43,814 bases of DNA from a virus (Duplodnaviria > Caudoviricetes), in IMG/VR virus record IMGVR_UViG_3300011423_000014, positions 1-43,814 of that record. One strand, written 5' to 3'. Under the pieces are notes generated by a model. It ran no database searches and was not told where the DNA came from. It saw nothing but the letters and a program-made list of their open reading frames with translations. Positions within the stretch are counted from its first letter, which is position 1, and the number at the start of each line of letters is the position of its first letter. Of the stretch, positions 15,551-24,729 are shown one piece after another. The position numbers and the translations under genes are program-made.

Positions 15551-16476
15551 TGCAAACCACCACGATGGAAGAACTCGCCGAGCGCCTCTACACGGCCAAG
15601 GCCCAGATGCTCGACTGGATGACGGCGGAGACGCTCGCCCCCATCCCCACCTGGTCGGAGACCCAGCGTACCGTCAAGAACGCCTGGTACCTCGTCGCCC
15701 AGCAGTCGATCGACGCCGAGGAGGAAACTCCGCCTCCCCCGCCGCCTATCCTCTTTGAAGCATCCGCCGGCGAGTCGAAAGATGAGAGGGCCATCGACAT
15801 CCTCGGCCCCCATCCCCAATGGGCTGCGCTCTCACCGGACGTCCAGACCGATTGGGCCGTGGTCGGCCAGGTCGCCACCGATGTCCAGGAAGATCTGAGG
15901 CGCGATGTGAAGCCGCTGCCTTTGAAGAAGAAGCAGCACGCCACCGACGAGCCGGTCGATCTGCCCGAACCCATCACCGGCCAGGCGAGCGTCACCTCGG
16001 CCCAACTCCTGGCACTCGTTGCCACACCCATCACGCTGGTCCCCGCGCCCGCCGCCGGCATTCAACTCCAGTTCGTCTCCGGCGCGCTCACCTATACGTT
16101 CGGTACGCTCGCCTACGTGGCCGGCGCCAACCTCCTCGTGGTCAAGGCGAACGGCGTGGCGGTATCGGAGACTCTCCCCGCCGCCGGACTCCTCGATACC
16201 CCGGCCAGTTCGACCGGTTCGATCACCGCCTTGCCGTACCCGCAGAACGTGGCGCCCGAGGCCACCGCGCTCATGCTCCACATCGAACCCGCGGACGTGA
16301 CCGGAGGCGACGGCACGCTCACCGTCGACGTGACCTACCGCGAGATCTCCACGGCTCCCGCCGCAGACGCCGCGGAAGCTCCGCTGATGTCCCGCAAGAC
16401 TGCCATCGGCGGGGCAGCGATGGCCGTTAAGCCGCCACTGGCGGGCGGCATCATCGCCAAGGGCAAAGGAAAGTAA
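15550..16476 (+). CDS. Two-domain hypothetical protein; C-terminal beta-rich domain is possibly structural
   Basis: LLALVATPITLVPAPAAG...GGDGTLTVDVTYR; TGATG coupling. Confidence 0.65.
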   Translation: MQTTTMEELAERLYTAKAQMLDWMTAETLAPIPTWSETQRTVKNAWYLVAQQSIDAEEETPPPPPPILFEASAGESKDERAIDILGPHPQWAALSPDVQTDWAVVGQVATDVQEDLRRDVKPLPLKKKQHATDEPVDLPEPITGQASVTSAQLLALVATPITLVPAPAAGIQLQFVSGALTYTFGTLAYVAGANLLVVKANGVAVSETLPAAGLLDTPASSTGSITALPYPQNVAPEATALMLHIEPADVTGGDGTLTVDVTYREISTAPAADAAEAPLMSRKTAIGGAAMAVKPPLAGGIIAKGKGK

Positions 16477-16538
16477 AGTCCTCGCGAGGGACTCTGACTC
16501 GATTACTCGTTTGATTCGATCCAAGGAGAATTGAACAG

Positions 16539-16931
16539 ATGACAGAAAAAGATACGGGCTACTCGAAGCCCGAACCCACGCCGCTCCCGGCACCCGGTCC
16601 CGAGCACACCGCCGAAGGGCTGGCCGAGAAACTCTTTGCCGCCTGGGCGGCTTACTGGAAGTCGGGCGACAAGGTTCCCGCCTGGAAGGATGCCGACTTA
16701 TCCATCAAGCTGAGGTGGCGCGCCGTGGCCAACCTGGCCCTCTCCCGCGGCCCCTTCGACGATCCGGACGAACACCGCCGCATGGCCGAAGACGACCGCT
16801 GGGCCTTCCAGCACGTCCGCGACATGGCCTTCGGCGATCCGGCCAAACCCAAGGACACCAAGGATGACAAGAACGACAAGCATCCTCCCGTCGCGGCCAC
16901 CACACCGGCCGCGCACACCGCCCACAAATAG
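16539..16931 (+). CDS. Hypothetical protein sharing a Trp motif with the preceding gene
   Basis: AAGGAG SD; LAEKLF...PAWKD...K.RW.AVA. Confidence 0.7.
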   Translation: MTEKDTGYSKPEPTPLPAPGPEHTAEGLAEKLFAAWAAYWKSGDKVPAWKDADLSIKLRWRAVANLALSRGPFDDPDEHRRMAEDDRWAFQHVRDMAFGDPAKPKDTKDDKNDKHPPVAATTPAAHTAHK

Positions 16932-16934
16932 CCG

Positions 16935-18443
16935 ATGAAGCAGACACGCTCCCCGTCCGTCGACCTCAACGAATTAGTATCGCTGTGCGCCACCGACGGG
17001 GAGCTTTTCTGCCGCACCTTCTTCCCCTCCGCCTTCCGCCAGTCGAGCCCGGAATTTCACCGCGAGATCTGGAAGGACTGGACGAATCCCGATGTGAGTC
17101 TGAGCGCCATTGCCGTCTTCCGCGGCGGTGCCAAGACCACCCTCCTCCGCGCCTACGTCGCGTGGAGTGTAGCCTACCGGGCTTCGCGCACCATCGCCTA
17201 CCTCGGGGCGTCGAGTGATAAGGCGCAGGAATCGGGTGACTGGCTGCGAAGATTGATCGAAGGAGGTAGTGAGGACGGTCTCGCCTTCGCGCAGGTCTAT
17301 GGATTACGCCCCGGTAACGTGTGGAATTCGGACAGGTTGGACATCCTCTGCCGCCTTTCGCAATCGAAGCCGGAGACGACGATCAGCATGGTTGCGCTCG
17401 GCATCACAAGCTCGGTAAGAGGGCTAAATATCGCAAACTACAGACCGGATCTGGTGTGTCTGGACGACGTTCAAACGGAAGAAAACGTTGGGAATGAGAC
17501 GCAGAGAAGCAAACTTAACGAATTAGTTTTTGCATCGATTTGGAATACAATGGCGCCGCGTTCTGAGGCTCCAAATTCCAAACTTGTGCTCCTCCAGACT
17601 CCGATGAGGCCACAGGATCTGATAGCTCGCGCCGAGCACAATCCGGATTTCAGATTCAGGAAGTTCGGAATTTTCGACGAGGCTGGGAAAAGCCGCTGGG
17701 AGGAAAGATTCCCGACCGCAGTTGTCATAAAGGAGGAGGAGGCTTCCCGGAGAGAGAACCAACATTCCTACTTCTGCCGCGAAAAGCGGTGCGTCCTCGT
17801 GCCGGACGAGGGCCAATTCTTCAGAATGTCGGATCTCCGCTACTACGAGACGCCACCGCTGAACATGATAACTGCTATCGGTGTCGATCCCGTTCCACCG
17901 CCGACGGCAGCGCAGGTAGCAGGAGCGCTGGCAACCAAGGATTTCGAATGCCATTGCGTGGTGGGTCTCACTTCGAATCGTGACGTATATTTACTCCAGT
18001 ACGCTCTCAGTCGTAATCATCACCCAGGATGGACTGCTAATACGTTTTTCGAGTTGGCGGGCAAGTGGAAGCCAATGCGAATCAGAGTCGAAGGAATCGC
18101 ATTTCAGGCCACCCTAAAGTATTTTCTCGATGAGGAGATGAAGCGCCGTGGCCGTTTCCATGTGGTGGAGATCTGGAAAGACCAACGGGCGAAGCCGATC
18201 CGGATTCGCCAGTCTCTGGCAGGGCTGGCATCGAACGGGAAGCTCTACGTTCGCCGTGATCAACGTGAGTTTTTGGAGCAGTGGGAGTCGTATCCGGGGA
18301 CTAGCCACGATGATCTGCTCGATGCCCTGTCGATGGCGGTTTCATTGGTCCTCGAACTGAGCGACAGTGTCGGCATGTTCGACGACATCAACACTCCCGG
18401 CAATACCGTGGAGTTGGAAAACGGGTGGCGTTTATGCCCGTGA
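16935..18443 (+). CDS. terL: Terminase large subunit
   Basis: Walker A FRGGAKTT, VRG..RPD, Walker B LVCLDDVQ, RNase H-like IGVDP and HDDLLDALS. Confidence 0.92.
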   Translation: MKQTRSPSVDLNELVSLCATDGELFCRTFFPSAFRQSSPEFHREIWKDWTNPDVSLSAIAVFRGGAKTTLLRAYVAWSVAYRASRTIAYLGASSDKAQESGDWLRRLIEGGSEDGLAFAQVYGLRPGNVWNSDRLDILCRLSQSKPETTISMVALGITSSVRGLNIANYRPDLVCLDDVQTEENVGNETQRSKLNELVFASIWNTMAPRSEAPNSKLVLLQTPMRPQDLIARAEHNPDFRFRKFGIFDEAGKSRWEERFPTAVVIKEEEASRRENQHSYFCREKRCVLVPDEGQFFRMSDLRYYETPPLNMITAIGVDPVPPPTAAQVAGALATKDFECHCVVGLTSNRDVYLLQYALSRNHHPGWTANTFFELAGKWKPMRIRVEGIAFQATLKYFLDEEMKRRGRFHVVEIWKDQRAKPIRIRQSLAGLASNGKLYVRRDQREFLEQWESYPGTSHDDLLDALSMAVSLVLELSDSVGMFDDINTPGNTVELENGWRLCP

Positions 18444-18445
18444 GA

Positions 18446-19045
18446 TCATGGCACGATGTGCTTCCACCGGATGCGGTGCACGATTTCGCTGATGACGCTC
18501 TGCGTAATTCCGAACTTTCTGCCGAGAGCGGATTGGCTGAACTCCCCGGTTGCGTAAAGCGCCCTAATCTCGGCGACGGCACTCCCGGTCAGCTTGGAGT
18601 TCCAATGCCCTTCCCCGCAAGGAACAAGCTCCGGATGTTTCCTGGAATAGTGGCGTTCTCCTCGTTGCGTAAGCTCCGGATGTTGCCGCGTCCAGTGGGT
18701 ATCCCCGGAGGATGTCAATCGTCCTTTGGCTTTGGCGTCCTGCATATTGTCGGTCTTCGTGCCCAAAAAAAGATGGCGAGGATTCACGCAAAGCCTCACG
18801 TCACATTTGTGGCAGACGCACAAAGGTCCAGGATCCACTCCATACTCCAGGAAGTAGGCGAGGCGGTGCGCCCGGATCACCCAGTTTTTCCCTCGTGGGC
18901 CGAAACCAATCTGTCCATATCCACTCTGAGTGCTAGCCGTCCACAGCCAACATTCATCCGGCCCTCGTTTCGCCACCTTGACCCAATATCGGGCGATGTC
19001 GCTAGGGGAAATCGGGGTGAGCGGGATACCATCTGTGATAGCCAT
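18446..19045 (-). CDS. HNH homing endonuclease with C-terminal HTH (paralog 2)
   Basis: [37 protein letters not shown]; GAGGAGG SD before ATG 19045. Confidence 0.9.
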   Translation of the reverse strand: MAITDGIPLTPISPSDIARYWVKVAKRGPDECWLWTASTQSGYGQIGFGPRGKNWVIRAHRLAYFLEYGVDPGPLCVCHKCDVRLCVNPRHLFLGTKTDNMQDAKAKGRLTSSGDTHWTRQHPELTQRGERHYSRKHPELVPCGEGHWNSKLTGSAVAEIRALYATGEFSQSALGRKFGITQSVISEIVHRIRWKHIVP

Positions 19046-19122
19046 TGGGGCCTCCTCGACCAAGGTCTCAATCGTCAGAGCCGCTGCGGTGCTGATACAC
19101 TGCGCGGCTCGTTCCATTCTAC
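19041..19122 (+). ncRNA. HNH-associated antisense two-hairpin element, copy 2
   Basis: ATTGGGGCCT-cctcgacca-AGGTCTCAAT and GAGCCGC(T)GCGGTG-ctgata-CACTGCGCGGCTC. Confidence 0.7.
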
Positions 19123-19139
19123 GCCCCGAAGGAGGCAAT

Positions 19140-19340
19140 GTGATTGACCAATTGATCTACCTGATCATCGCGATTATCATCTTCGCAATCGTAGTGTGGG
19201 GATTGAATTGGATCATCGTCACCTACCAGCTCCCGGCCCCCGTGAAATGGATCGTGGGCGGGTTACTTCTAATCGTGCTGCTGCTCTTCCTCGCCCATCA
19301 ACTGGGGGTCGGAGGCGGTGCGAGGCTCTTTCCACGATGA
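19140..19340 (+). CDS. 66-aa two-TM membrane protein (holin candidate)
   Basis: AAGGAGG SD with GTG start; two hydrophobic helices joined by QLPAPVK. Confidence 0.7.
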   Translation: MIDQLIYLIIAIIIFAIVVWGLNWIIVTYQLPAPVKWIVGGLLLIVLLLFLAHQLGVGGGARLFPR

Positions 19341-19433
19341 AAATTCACGCCTATCCGCGTTTACATGCGAATATGAAGTTCCTCTATGGGCCGCACACCT
19401 TTACGCTTCCAGGATTTGAAGGGCCTCGAGCCG

Positions 19434-19526
19434 ATGTGGAAACGCGAGATGACGTGGCCGGAGATCGCCGTGCTGTGCGTGATTCTGCTGGGGATCATCT
19501 ATCTTGTGGTGGAGCTTCGAAAGTGA
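19434..19526 (+). CDS. 30-aa single-TM peptide (not in ORF track)
   Basis: MWKREMTWPEIAVLCVILLGIIYLVVELRK; GTGA overlap with the next peptide. Confidence 0.5.
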   Translation: MWKREMTWPEIAVLCVILLGIIYLVVELRK

Positions 19527-19600
19527 GCTGGCTCGATGCACTCCTGCTCGCCGTGATGGCCCTCACTAGCATGGCGCTTTACTTGGGGGAAATGCCGTGA
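19523..19600 (+). CDS. 25-aa hydrophobic peptide (alternatively the C-terminus of ORF 19337..19600)
   Basis: GGAG SD, GTG start; MSWLDALLLAVMALTSMALYLGEMP. Confidence 0.4.
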   Translation: MSWLDALLLAVMALTSMALYLGEMP

Positions 19601-19602
19601 TC

Positions 19603-20154
19603 CTACACGTACGCCCATCGCTTCCGATTCACGATCAGGCATACGTTGGTCGCCGCGATCCCAAACTTGGCGGCGATTTCTGGCTGACTGTACAACCCCG
19701 TTGCGAACATCCTTCTGATCTCGATAACGTCAACCTCGGTCAACTTCGCGTTTCCGTGCCGCTCTCCGCGCGACGAAAGCTCCGGATGTGTCCGGTAGAG
19801 GTGATCGGTCTTCCACTTCATTCTCCCCTTGGACTGGCAGTCGCGGAAGTTCTCGGTCGCGGTGCCTGCAAAAAGGTGGTTAGGATTGACGCACGCCCTT
19901 ACATCACATTTGTGGCAGACGAAGAGCGGGGCGGGATCGTACCCGTAGCCCAAGAAAAAGGCGATTCGGTGGGCGTAGATATTCCGGCTCTTTCCTTCCG
20001 ATCTAATGCTCATGAATCCGTAGCCGGTACGCATCTTGCAGCCCGTCCAGATCCAGCAGGCATCCGGCCCAGCGCTTTGATCGAAGTGCGACCGGTATCG
20101 AGCAAGATATTTGTCCGCGATTTGCGGCAGCAACGTACAATCTGTTTTAGCCAT
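19603..20154 (-). CDS. HNH homing endonuclease with C-terminal HTH (paralog 3)
   Basis: [37 protein letters not shown]; GGAGG SD. Confidence 0.9.
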   Translation of the reverse strand: MAKTDCTLLPQIADKYLARYRSHFDQSAGPDACWIWTGCKMRTGYGFMSIRSEGKSRNIYAHRIAFFLGYGYDPAPLFVCHKCDVRACVNPNHLFAGTATENFRDCQSKGRMKWKTDHLYRTHPELSSRGERHGNAKLTEVDVIEIRRMFATGLYSQPEIAAKFGIAATNVCLIVNRKRWAYV

Positions 20155-20229
20155 TGGGCCTCCATGAAAGGTTCAATCGGTCAAGAGCCGCTGCGGCGCG
20201 TCAACGCTGCGCGGCTCGCTCCATTTTGT
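20150..20229 (+). ncRNA. HNH-associated antisense two-hairpin element, copy 3
   Basis: ATTGGGCCT-ccatgaa-AGGTTCAAT and GAGCCGC(T)GCGGCG-cgtcaa-CGCTGCGCGGCTC. Confidence 0.7.
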
Positions 20230-20240
20230 CAGGAGGCAGC

Positions 20241-22178
20241 GTGACCGGCAAGTTTAAAATTCCGTTCGATGGGGACGTGCATCAGGAAATCCTAGAGAAA
20301 TTGCTGCACATGTTTAGCTCCTCCAGGAACAGGATGAGCAGCCGTCACGAAAAATGGAAGAAAGCTGAAGATTTGTATAGGGCTTACCTACCAGAGACTG
20401 AGGCATCGTCCAAAAAGCAAAGAGCGCGTGAACAGGGTAGCGCTTCACAGTTTAGTGAAGTCATTTTGCCGTATAGCTACGCGCTTGCTTTGACAAGTCA
20501 CACGTATGCCACGAGCGTCTTCCTGGGGCGCGATCCGGTCTGGCAATTCCGCGGGCGCCACGGGGAGACCGAGCAGTCGACGCAGTGCCTCGAAGCCCTG
20601 ATCGCCTACAACCAGGACATCGGCGACATGGCGACCAACGAGTTCATCTGGCTGCTCGACGCCATCAAATACGGCTGCGGCGTAGTGGGTTCGGATTATG
20701 CGAAGGAATACCAAATCTTCAGTGAGTACGTCCCTATAGCGCCTACGCTTGGGGGAATCGACCTCGGTGCGGATCCGAAATGGGAACTGGTGGAAGAGCG
20801 CGTGGAAGGCTACTGCGGTAACCGGCTCACCAACGTGCGCCCCTACGATTGGTATCCGGATCCAGGTGTACCCCTCGTCAACTTCCAGGACGGCGAGTTC
20901 TGCGGCCACACGATGATGATGGGCCTCGAGCGGCTCCGCTCGATGAAGAACGAGTGGGATCTGTTCAACCTCGACCAGCTCGAGGGCGGCATGGGCGTGG
21001 GCGGCAACAACATGGCCCCCTCTACGGCCGGCAGCCGGGATAACATGCTCGCTGCCGAAAAGGTTTGGGATCCGAAGGATCTCAAGGGCGGCAAGGTAGG
21101 CATCTTCCGCGTCGTCGTCAACGTGGTGCCGGAGGCGTGGAAGCTTCCCGGCAAGTACTACCAGAAGTGGGAATTCCTGGTGGCGAATAACTCGGTCATC
21201 ATCAAAGCCAGTCCCCTCGGTTTGAGGCACTGTAAGTTCCCCTACGACGCCATCGCCTGGGAGACCGACGGCTATGACTCATCGACGCGCGGGATGATGG
21301 AAGTCACCAAGCCGCTGAACGACGTGATCAATTGGCTCTACAACACGCACATGTTCTCGGTGCGGCGCTCGCTCAACGGCAACCTGATCATCGATCCCGA
21401 CCGCATCAATGTGAAAGACTTGATCGACGGCGGACCCGGACGGATCGTCCGCATGCGCCCCGGCACAGGCTATGGCACCGACGTGCGCTCCGCCGTCGCG
21501 GAACTGATGAACGTCGATCCCACTCGAGGGCATCTCTCGGACACGCAGTTCACCGAAGGGTTGATGCAGCAGATCACCGGGTCGAACGACTCGCTGATGG
21601 GTTCCCTTGGTCGCGGCAGAAAGACTGCAACCGAAGTCCGGACGGCCGCCGCCCAGGGAGCCAATCGCATGAAGACATTCTGCGACTTCGCCTCTGCTCT
21701 GGGCTGGTCGCGTTTAAGCCGCAAAATGGTGGCGAACTTACAACAGTTCTACGACCAGGAGAAGATGTTCCGCATCGCCGGCGACCTGATGCAGGGCACC
21801 AAGTTCGTCAACGTCGATAAGACGATGATTACCGGCGAATTCGACTACGTGCCCGTCGATGGCACGCTCCCGGTCGACCGGTTCGCGCAGGCCACGCTCT
21901 GGAAAGAGATCTTCTCGGTGATCGGGAAGAACCCGCAGATTGCCCAGCAGTACGACATCTCGCGGATCTTCGGGCACATGGCTTCGCTCGCGGGTTTGAA
22001 GAACATCACGCAGTTTCGCATCACGCCGGACGAGGCGGCGATGCAGCAGGCGCAGGCCGGAAATCTAGTCCCCGCGGGGCAGGCAATGGGAGGCGAAGGC
22101 GGTGGCGGATACCCCGGAACAAGTCCGACAGCAGCGATTGCAAGCATGGTCAACGGAGCTGGCGGAGCACCGCAATGA
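20241..22178 (+). CDS. Portal protein
   Basis: AGGAGG SD with GTG at 20241; about 645 aa; position after TerL; PYDWYPDP, KTATEV, ITG..D..MG portal-like motifs. Confidence 0.85.
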   Translation: MTGKFKIPFDGDVHQEILEKLLHMFSSSRNRMSSRHEKWKKAEDLYRAYLPETEASSKKQRAREQGSASQFSEVILPYSYALALTSHTYATSVFLGRDPVWQFRGRHGETEQSTQCLEALIAYNQDIGDMATNEFIWLLDAIKYGCGVVGSDYAKEYQIFSEYVPIAPTLGGIDLGADPKWELVEERVEGYCGNRLTNVRPYDWYPDPGVPLVNFQDGEFCGHTMMMGLERLRSMKNEWDLFNLDQLEGGMGVGGNNMAPSTAGSRDNMLAAEKVWDPKDLKGGKVGIFRVVVNVVPEAWKLPGKYYQKWEFLVANNSVIIKASPLGLRHCKFPYDAIAWETDGYDSSTRGMMEVTKPLNDVINWLYNTHMFSVRRSLNGNLIIDPDRINVKDLIDGGPGRIVRMRPGTGYGTDVRSAVAELMNVDPTRGHLSDTQFTEGLMQQITGSNDSLMGSLGRGRKTATEVRTAAAQGANRMKTFCDFASALGWSRLSRKMVANLQQFYDQEKMFRIAGDLMQGTKFVNVDKTMITGEFDYVPVDGTLPVDRFAQATLWKEIFSVIGKNPQIAQQYDISRIFGHMASLAGLKNITQFRITPDEAAMQQAQAGNLVPAGQAMGGEGGGGYPGTSPTAAIASMVNGAGGAPQ

Positions 22179-22437
22179 CGTCACGCACCTTGAAGCTCTT
22201 GAGCAGCACCCAGGCTGGCGTATATTGCGCCGTGAGCTCGGAGCCATTCTTCGTTATAAGCGCGATGAGCTTGCGACTAAGCCCCTGGTGGGAGAGCAGC
22301 TCCAACAATCCGCAATCCTCCAGGGATATTGCGAGGGGATTGACATGGCCCGGCAGGCTCCCGAGCGCTTTGCCGAAAACTGGCGCAACGCCATCGAAGT
22401 ATTGAAACGAGAGATTGAAAATGTGGAAGAAGAGTAG
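22102..22437 (+). CDS. Small helical protein following the portal
   Basis: L..HPGW..L.........L......G...G pattern typical of the post-portal gene in podophages. Confidence 0.65.
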   Translation: MADTPEQVRQQRLQAWSTELAEHRNDVTHLEALEQHPGWRILRRELGAILRYKRDELATKPLVGEQLQQSAILQGYCEGIDMARQAPERFAENWRNAIEVLKREIENVEEE

Positions 22438-23458
22438 TTTTGATGAAATGGAGTTAGGGCTTCTCTCGATCGAGGGCGAGGGAGGGGGGGCGGATCTTGG
22501 CGGTGGAGGCACCTCCGCAGCCCCGCCTTCAGACAGTTCCGCCTCTCCTCCTCCGTCTTCGAGCGCGCCTGGCAAAGAGACCGCGGCCCGTCAGGAGTCG
22601 GTGCTCGCCGACATCATGGGCCACGCCCGTGGGCCGGTCGAACCGAAGCCTCCGCAGCCCGTGGTGCCCTCAATCGGGAAAGGGGCTAACGGAGCGCCGC
22701 CCGCCGTTGGTGCGCTCAACGCGCAGCAGCAGCGCCCAGCGCAGCCGCCACAACAGTACGCGCAGCCGCAGGTTCAGCAGCAAGCTCCGCAGCAATACGC
22801 GCAGCAGGCTCCGCCCATGACGCAGCAGCAGCAGGCGGCTCAACACGCGCAAGTGCGCGACACGGTGCGCCAGCAGATTGCTTCTTCTTACCAACTCACC
22901 CCCGATCGCGCGCTCATGATGGCGACCGAACCCGAGCGCGTGCTGCCCGACATGGCCGCCGACATCACGCTCAACGCCTACGAGGCGACCGTCGCCACGC
23001 TCCAGCAGCAGATGCCGCAGATCATCGCCGAGCACCCGCAGATCCGGCAGCAGATGGCGCAGGTGGTTCAGTCGACCATCCAGCAGATGTTCCAAGTGCA
23101 CCAGGCCGAGAACGATTTCTTCACCGTCAACCAGGACTTGCGGCAAGTGCCCAAGCACGAGATCGACAGAATTTCGGCCCTCTACATACAGGCCAACCGC
23201 GGTAATCCGGGACTCACCCGGGACATCGCCACCCGGGAGATCGGCATATTGGTACGCAATATGCTCGGCATGTCTCCCTCCACCAATGCCCCAGCTAATA
23301 ATGCTCCCCAGCCTCCTGCGGCCCAGCCCCCATACCAGAACGGGAACGGCAACATCGTTGCCCGCACCCCGCTCGGTCCCGGCAGCGTAGCCCCTTCACC
23401 AACCCCCTCGTACAACGTGTTCGCGGACATGGTGAACCACGCGCGCAACGGCCGTTAG
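22421..23458 (+). CDS. Capsid scaffolding protein (putative)
   Basis: Gln/Pro-rich and helical; lies directly before the MCP. Confidence 0.65.
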   Translation: MWKKSSFDEMELGLLSIEGEGGGADLGGGGTSAAPPSDSSASPPPSSSAPGKETAARQESVLADIMGHARGPVEPKPPQPVVPSIGKGANGAPPAVGALNAQQQRPAQPPQQYAQPQVQQQAPQQYAQQAPPMTQQQQAAQHAQVRDTVRQQIASSYQLTPDRALMMATEPERVLPDMAADITLNAYEATVATLQQQMPQIIAEHPQIRQQMAQVVQSTIQQMFQVHQAENDFFTVNQDLRQVPKHEIDRISALYIQANRGNPGLTRDIATREIGILVRNMLGMSPSTNAPANNAPQPPAAQPPYQNGNGNIVARTPLGPGSVAPSPTPSYNVFADMVNHARNGR

Positions 23459-23480
23459 GGCTTAGACCAGGAGAATTTCA

Positions 23481-24695
23481 ATGGCATTTTTCGCAGGCGT
23501 TCGCGCCACCGATGACTGGGGCACCGACGAGCGCCCCAAATCTTTCCGGGAGACCATCCTCTTCCTCAACCCCAACGGCAAGTCGCCGCTGTTTGCCCTC
23601 ACCGAGAAGCTCGGTTCTTCCTCGGTGACCGATCCGCAGTTCTCGTGGTGGAATGAGCGCAACACCGTCATCCGCCTGACGCTGACCGCCGCCGGCGCCA
23701 CCACGGCCGGCACGCTCACGGTGACCGGCGGCGCCCTCGCGCTCCGCCCCAACCAACTGATCAAAGTCGACACGATCGGCACCACCGAGCCGGTATCCTA
23801 CGTGGCGGCCAACGTGGAAATCGCTCTCGTATCGTCGGTCACAAACGATACGACGGTTGTGCTCAAGCGCGGTCAGTTCGGCACCACGCCCGTAGCCCTA
23901 ACTACCGGCGGCACTTTCCTGACCGCACTCGGCACGGCGTTCGGCGAAGGTTCGACCCGGCCTGCGTCGGTATCGAACAATCCGACCAAGTACACCAACT
24001 ACTGCCAGATCTTCAGAACGAATTGGGCCGTTACCGGCACCGCCGATAAGACCTTTGCCCGCACTGGCGATGCCTATAAGAACGACCGGGAGAGGGCCAC
24101 TTTCGCTCACGGCCGCGACATCGAGATGCAGTTCCTGTACGGGCTGGCATCCGAGGTTGTCGATCCCTCGCCCCAAGCCACCGGCAACCTGACCCGTACC
24201 ACGGGCGGCCTCCGAAGCTTCATCACTTCGAACGTGACGATCTTTCAATCCTCGACCGGCATCACCACGTCGACGTTTATGGATGCCACGTACCCGATCT
24301 GGAACTGGGATACCCGCGCCGGCGATCAGCGCATCGCTTTCTGTGGCAACGGCTTCCTCAATTCGCTGAACAAACTGGCCAAGACCGATTCGGTCATCAA
24401 CCAGGACGGCATCGTCAAGATGTTCGGCATGAACCTGAACGTGTGGACCCTGCCGCAGGGGCAGATCGGGTTCAAGACGCACCCGCTCATGAACGTCCAC
24501 GCGCAGTATACAAACGCTGCGTTCATCCTCGATCCCACGGTTCTGAAGTACCGCTTCCTCCGCGATACCAAGCTGATCGAGGATCAACAGGACAAGGGCA
24601 CCGACTCGATCATCGACGGCTGGCTCACCGAGTGCGGCCTCGAGGTACTCGCCGAAGAGACCTGCGCCTATATAGGCAATATGGTGGTCATTTAG
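23481..24695 (+). CDS. Major capsid protein (DUF5309/SU10-like)
   Basis: AGGAG SD; P.FSW.NE, NYCQIFR....VTGT, DIEMQFLYG, R.TGGL..FI, E.GLEV. Confidence 0.85.
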   Translation: MAFFAGVRATDDWGTDERPKSFRETILFLNPNGKSPLFALTEKLGSSSVTDPQFSWWNERNTVIRLTLTAAGATTAGTLTVTGGALALRPNQLIKVDTIGTTEPVSYVAANVEIALVSSVTNDTTVVLKRGQFGTTPVALTTGGTFLTALGTAFGEGSTRPASVSNNPTKYTNYCQIFRTNWAVTGTADKTFARTGDAYKNDRERATFAHGRDIEMQFLYGLASEVVDPSPQATGNLTRTTGGLRSFITSNVTIFQSSTGITTSTFMDATYPIWNWDTRAGDQRIAFCGNGFLNSLNKLAKTDSVINQDGIVKMFGMNLNVWTLPQGQIGFKTHPLMNVHAQYTNAAFILDPTVLKYRFLRDTKLIEDQQDKGTDSIIDGWLTECGLEVLAEETCAYIGNMVVI

Positions 24696-24729
24696 TACTA
24701 GTACACCCTCAACCGGGAGCGTAATCAGC

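Noticed and set aside
18425-20244. Group I/II intron or intein around the HNH genes
   Set aside because: TerL and portal are intact on either side, the HNHs are intergenic and inverted, and no intron core or intein motifs are visible.
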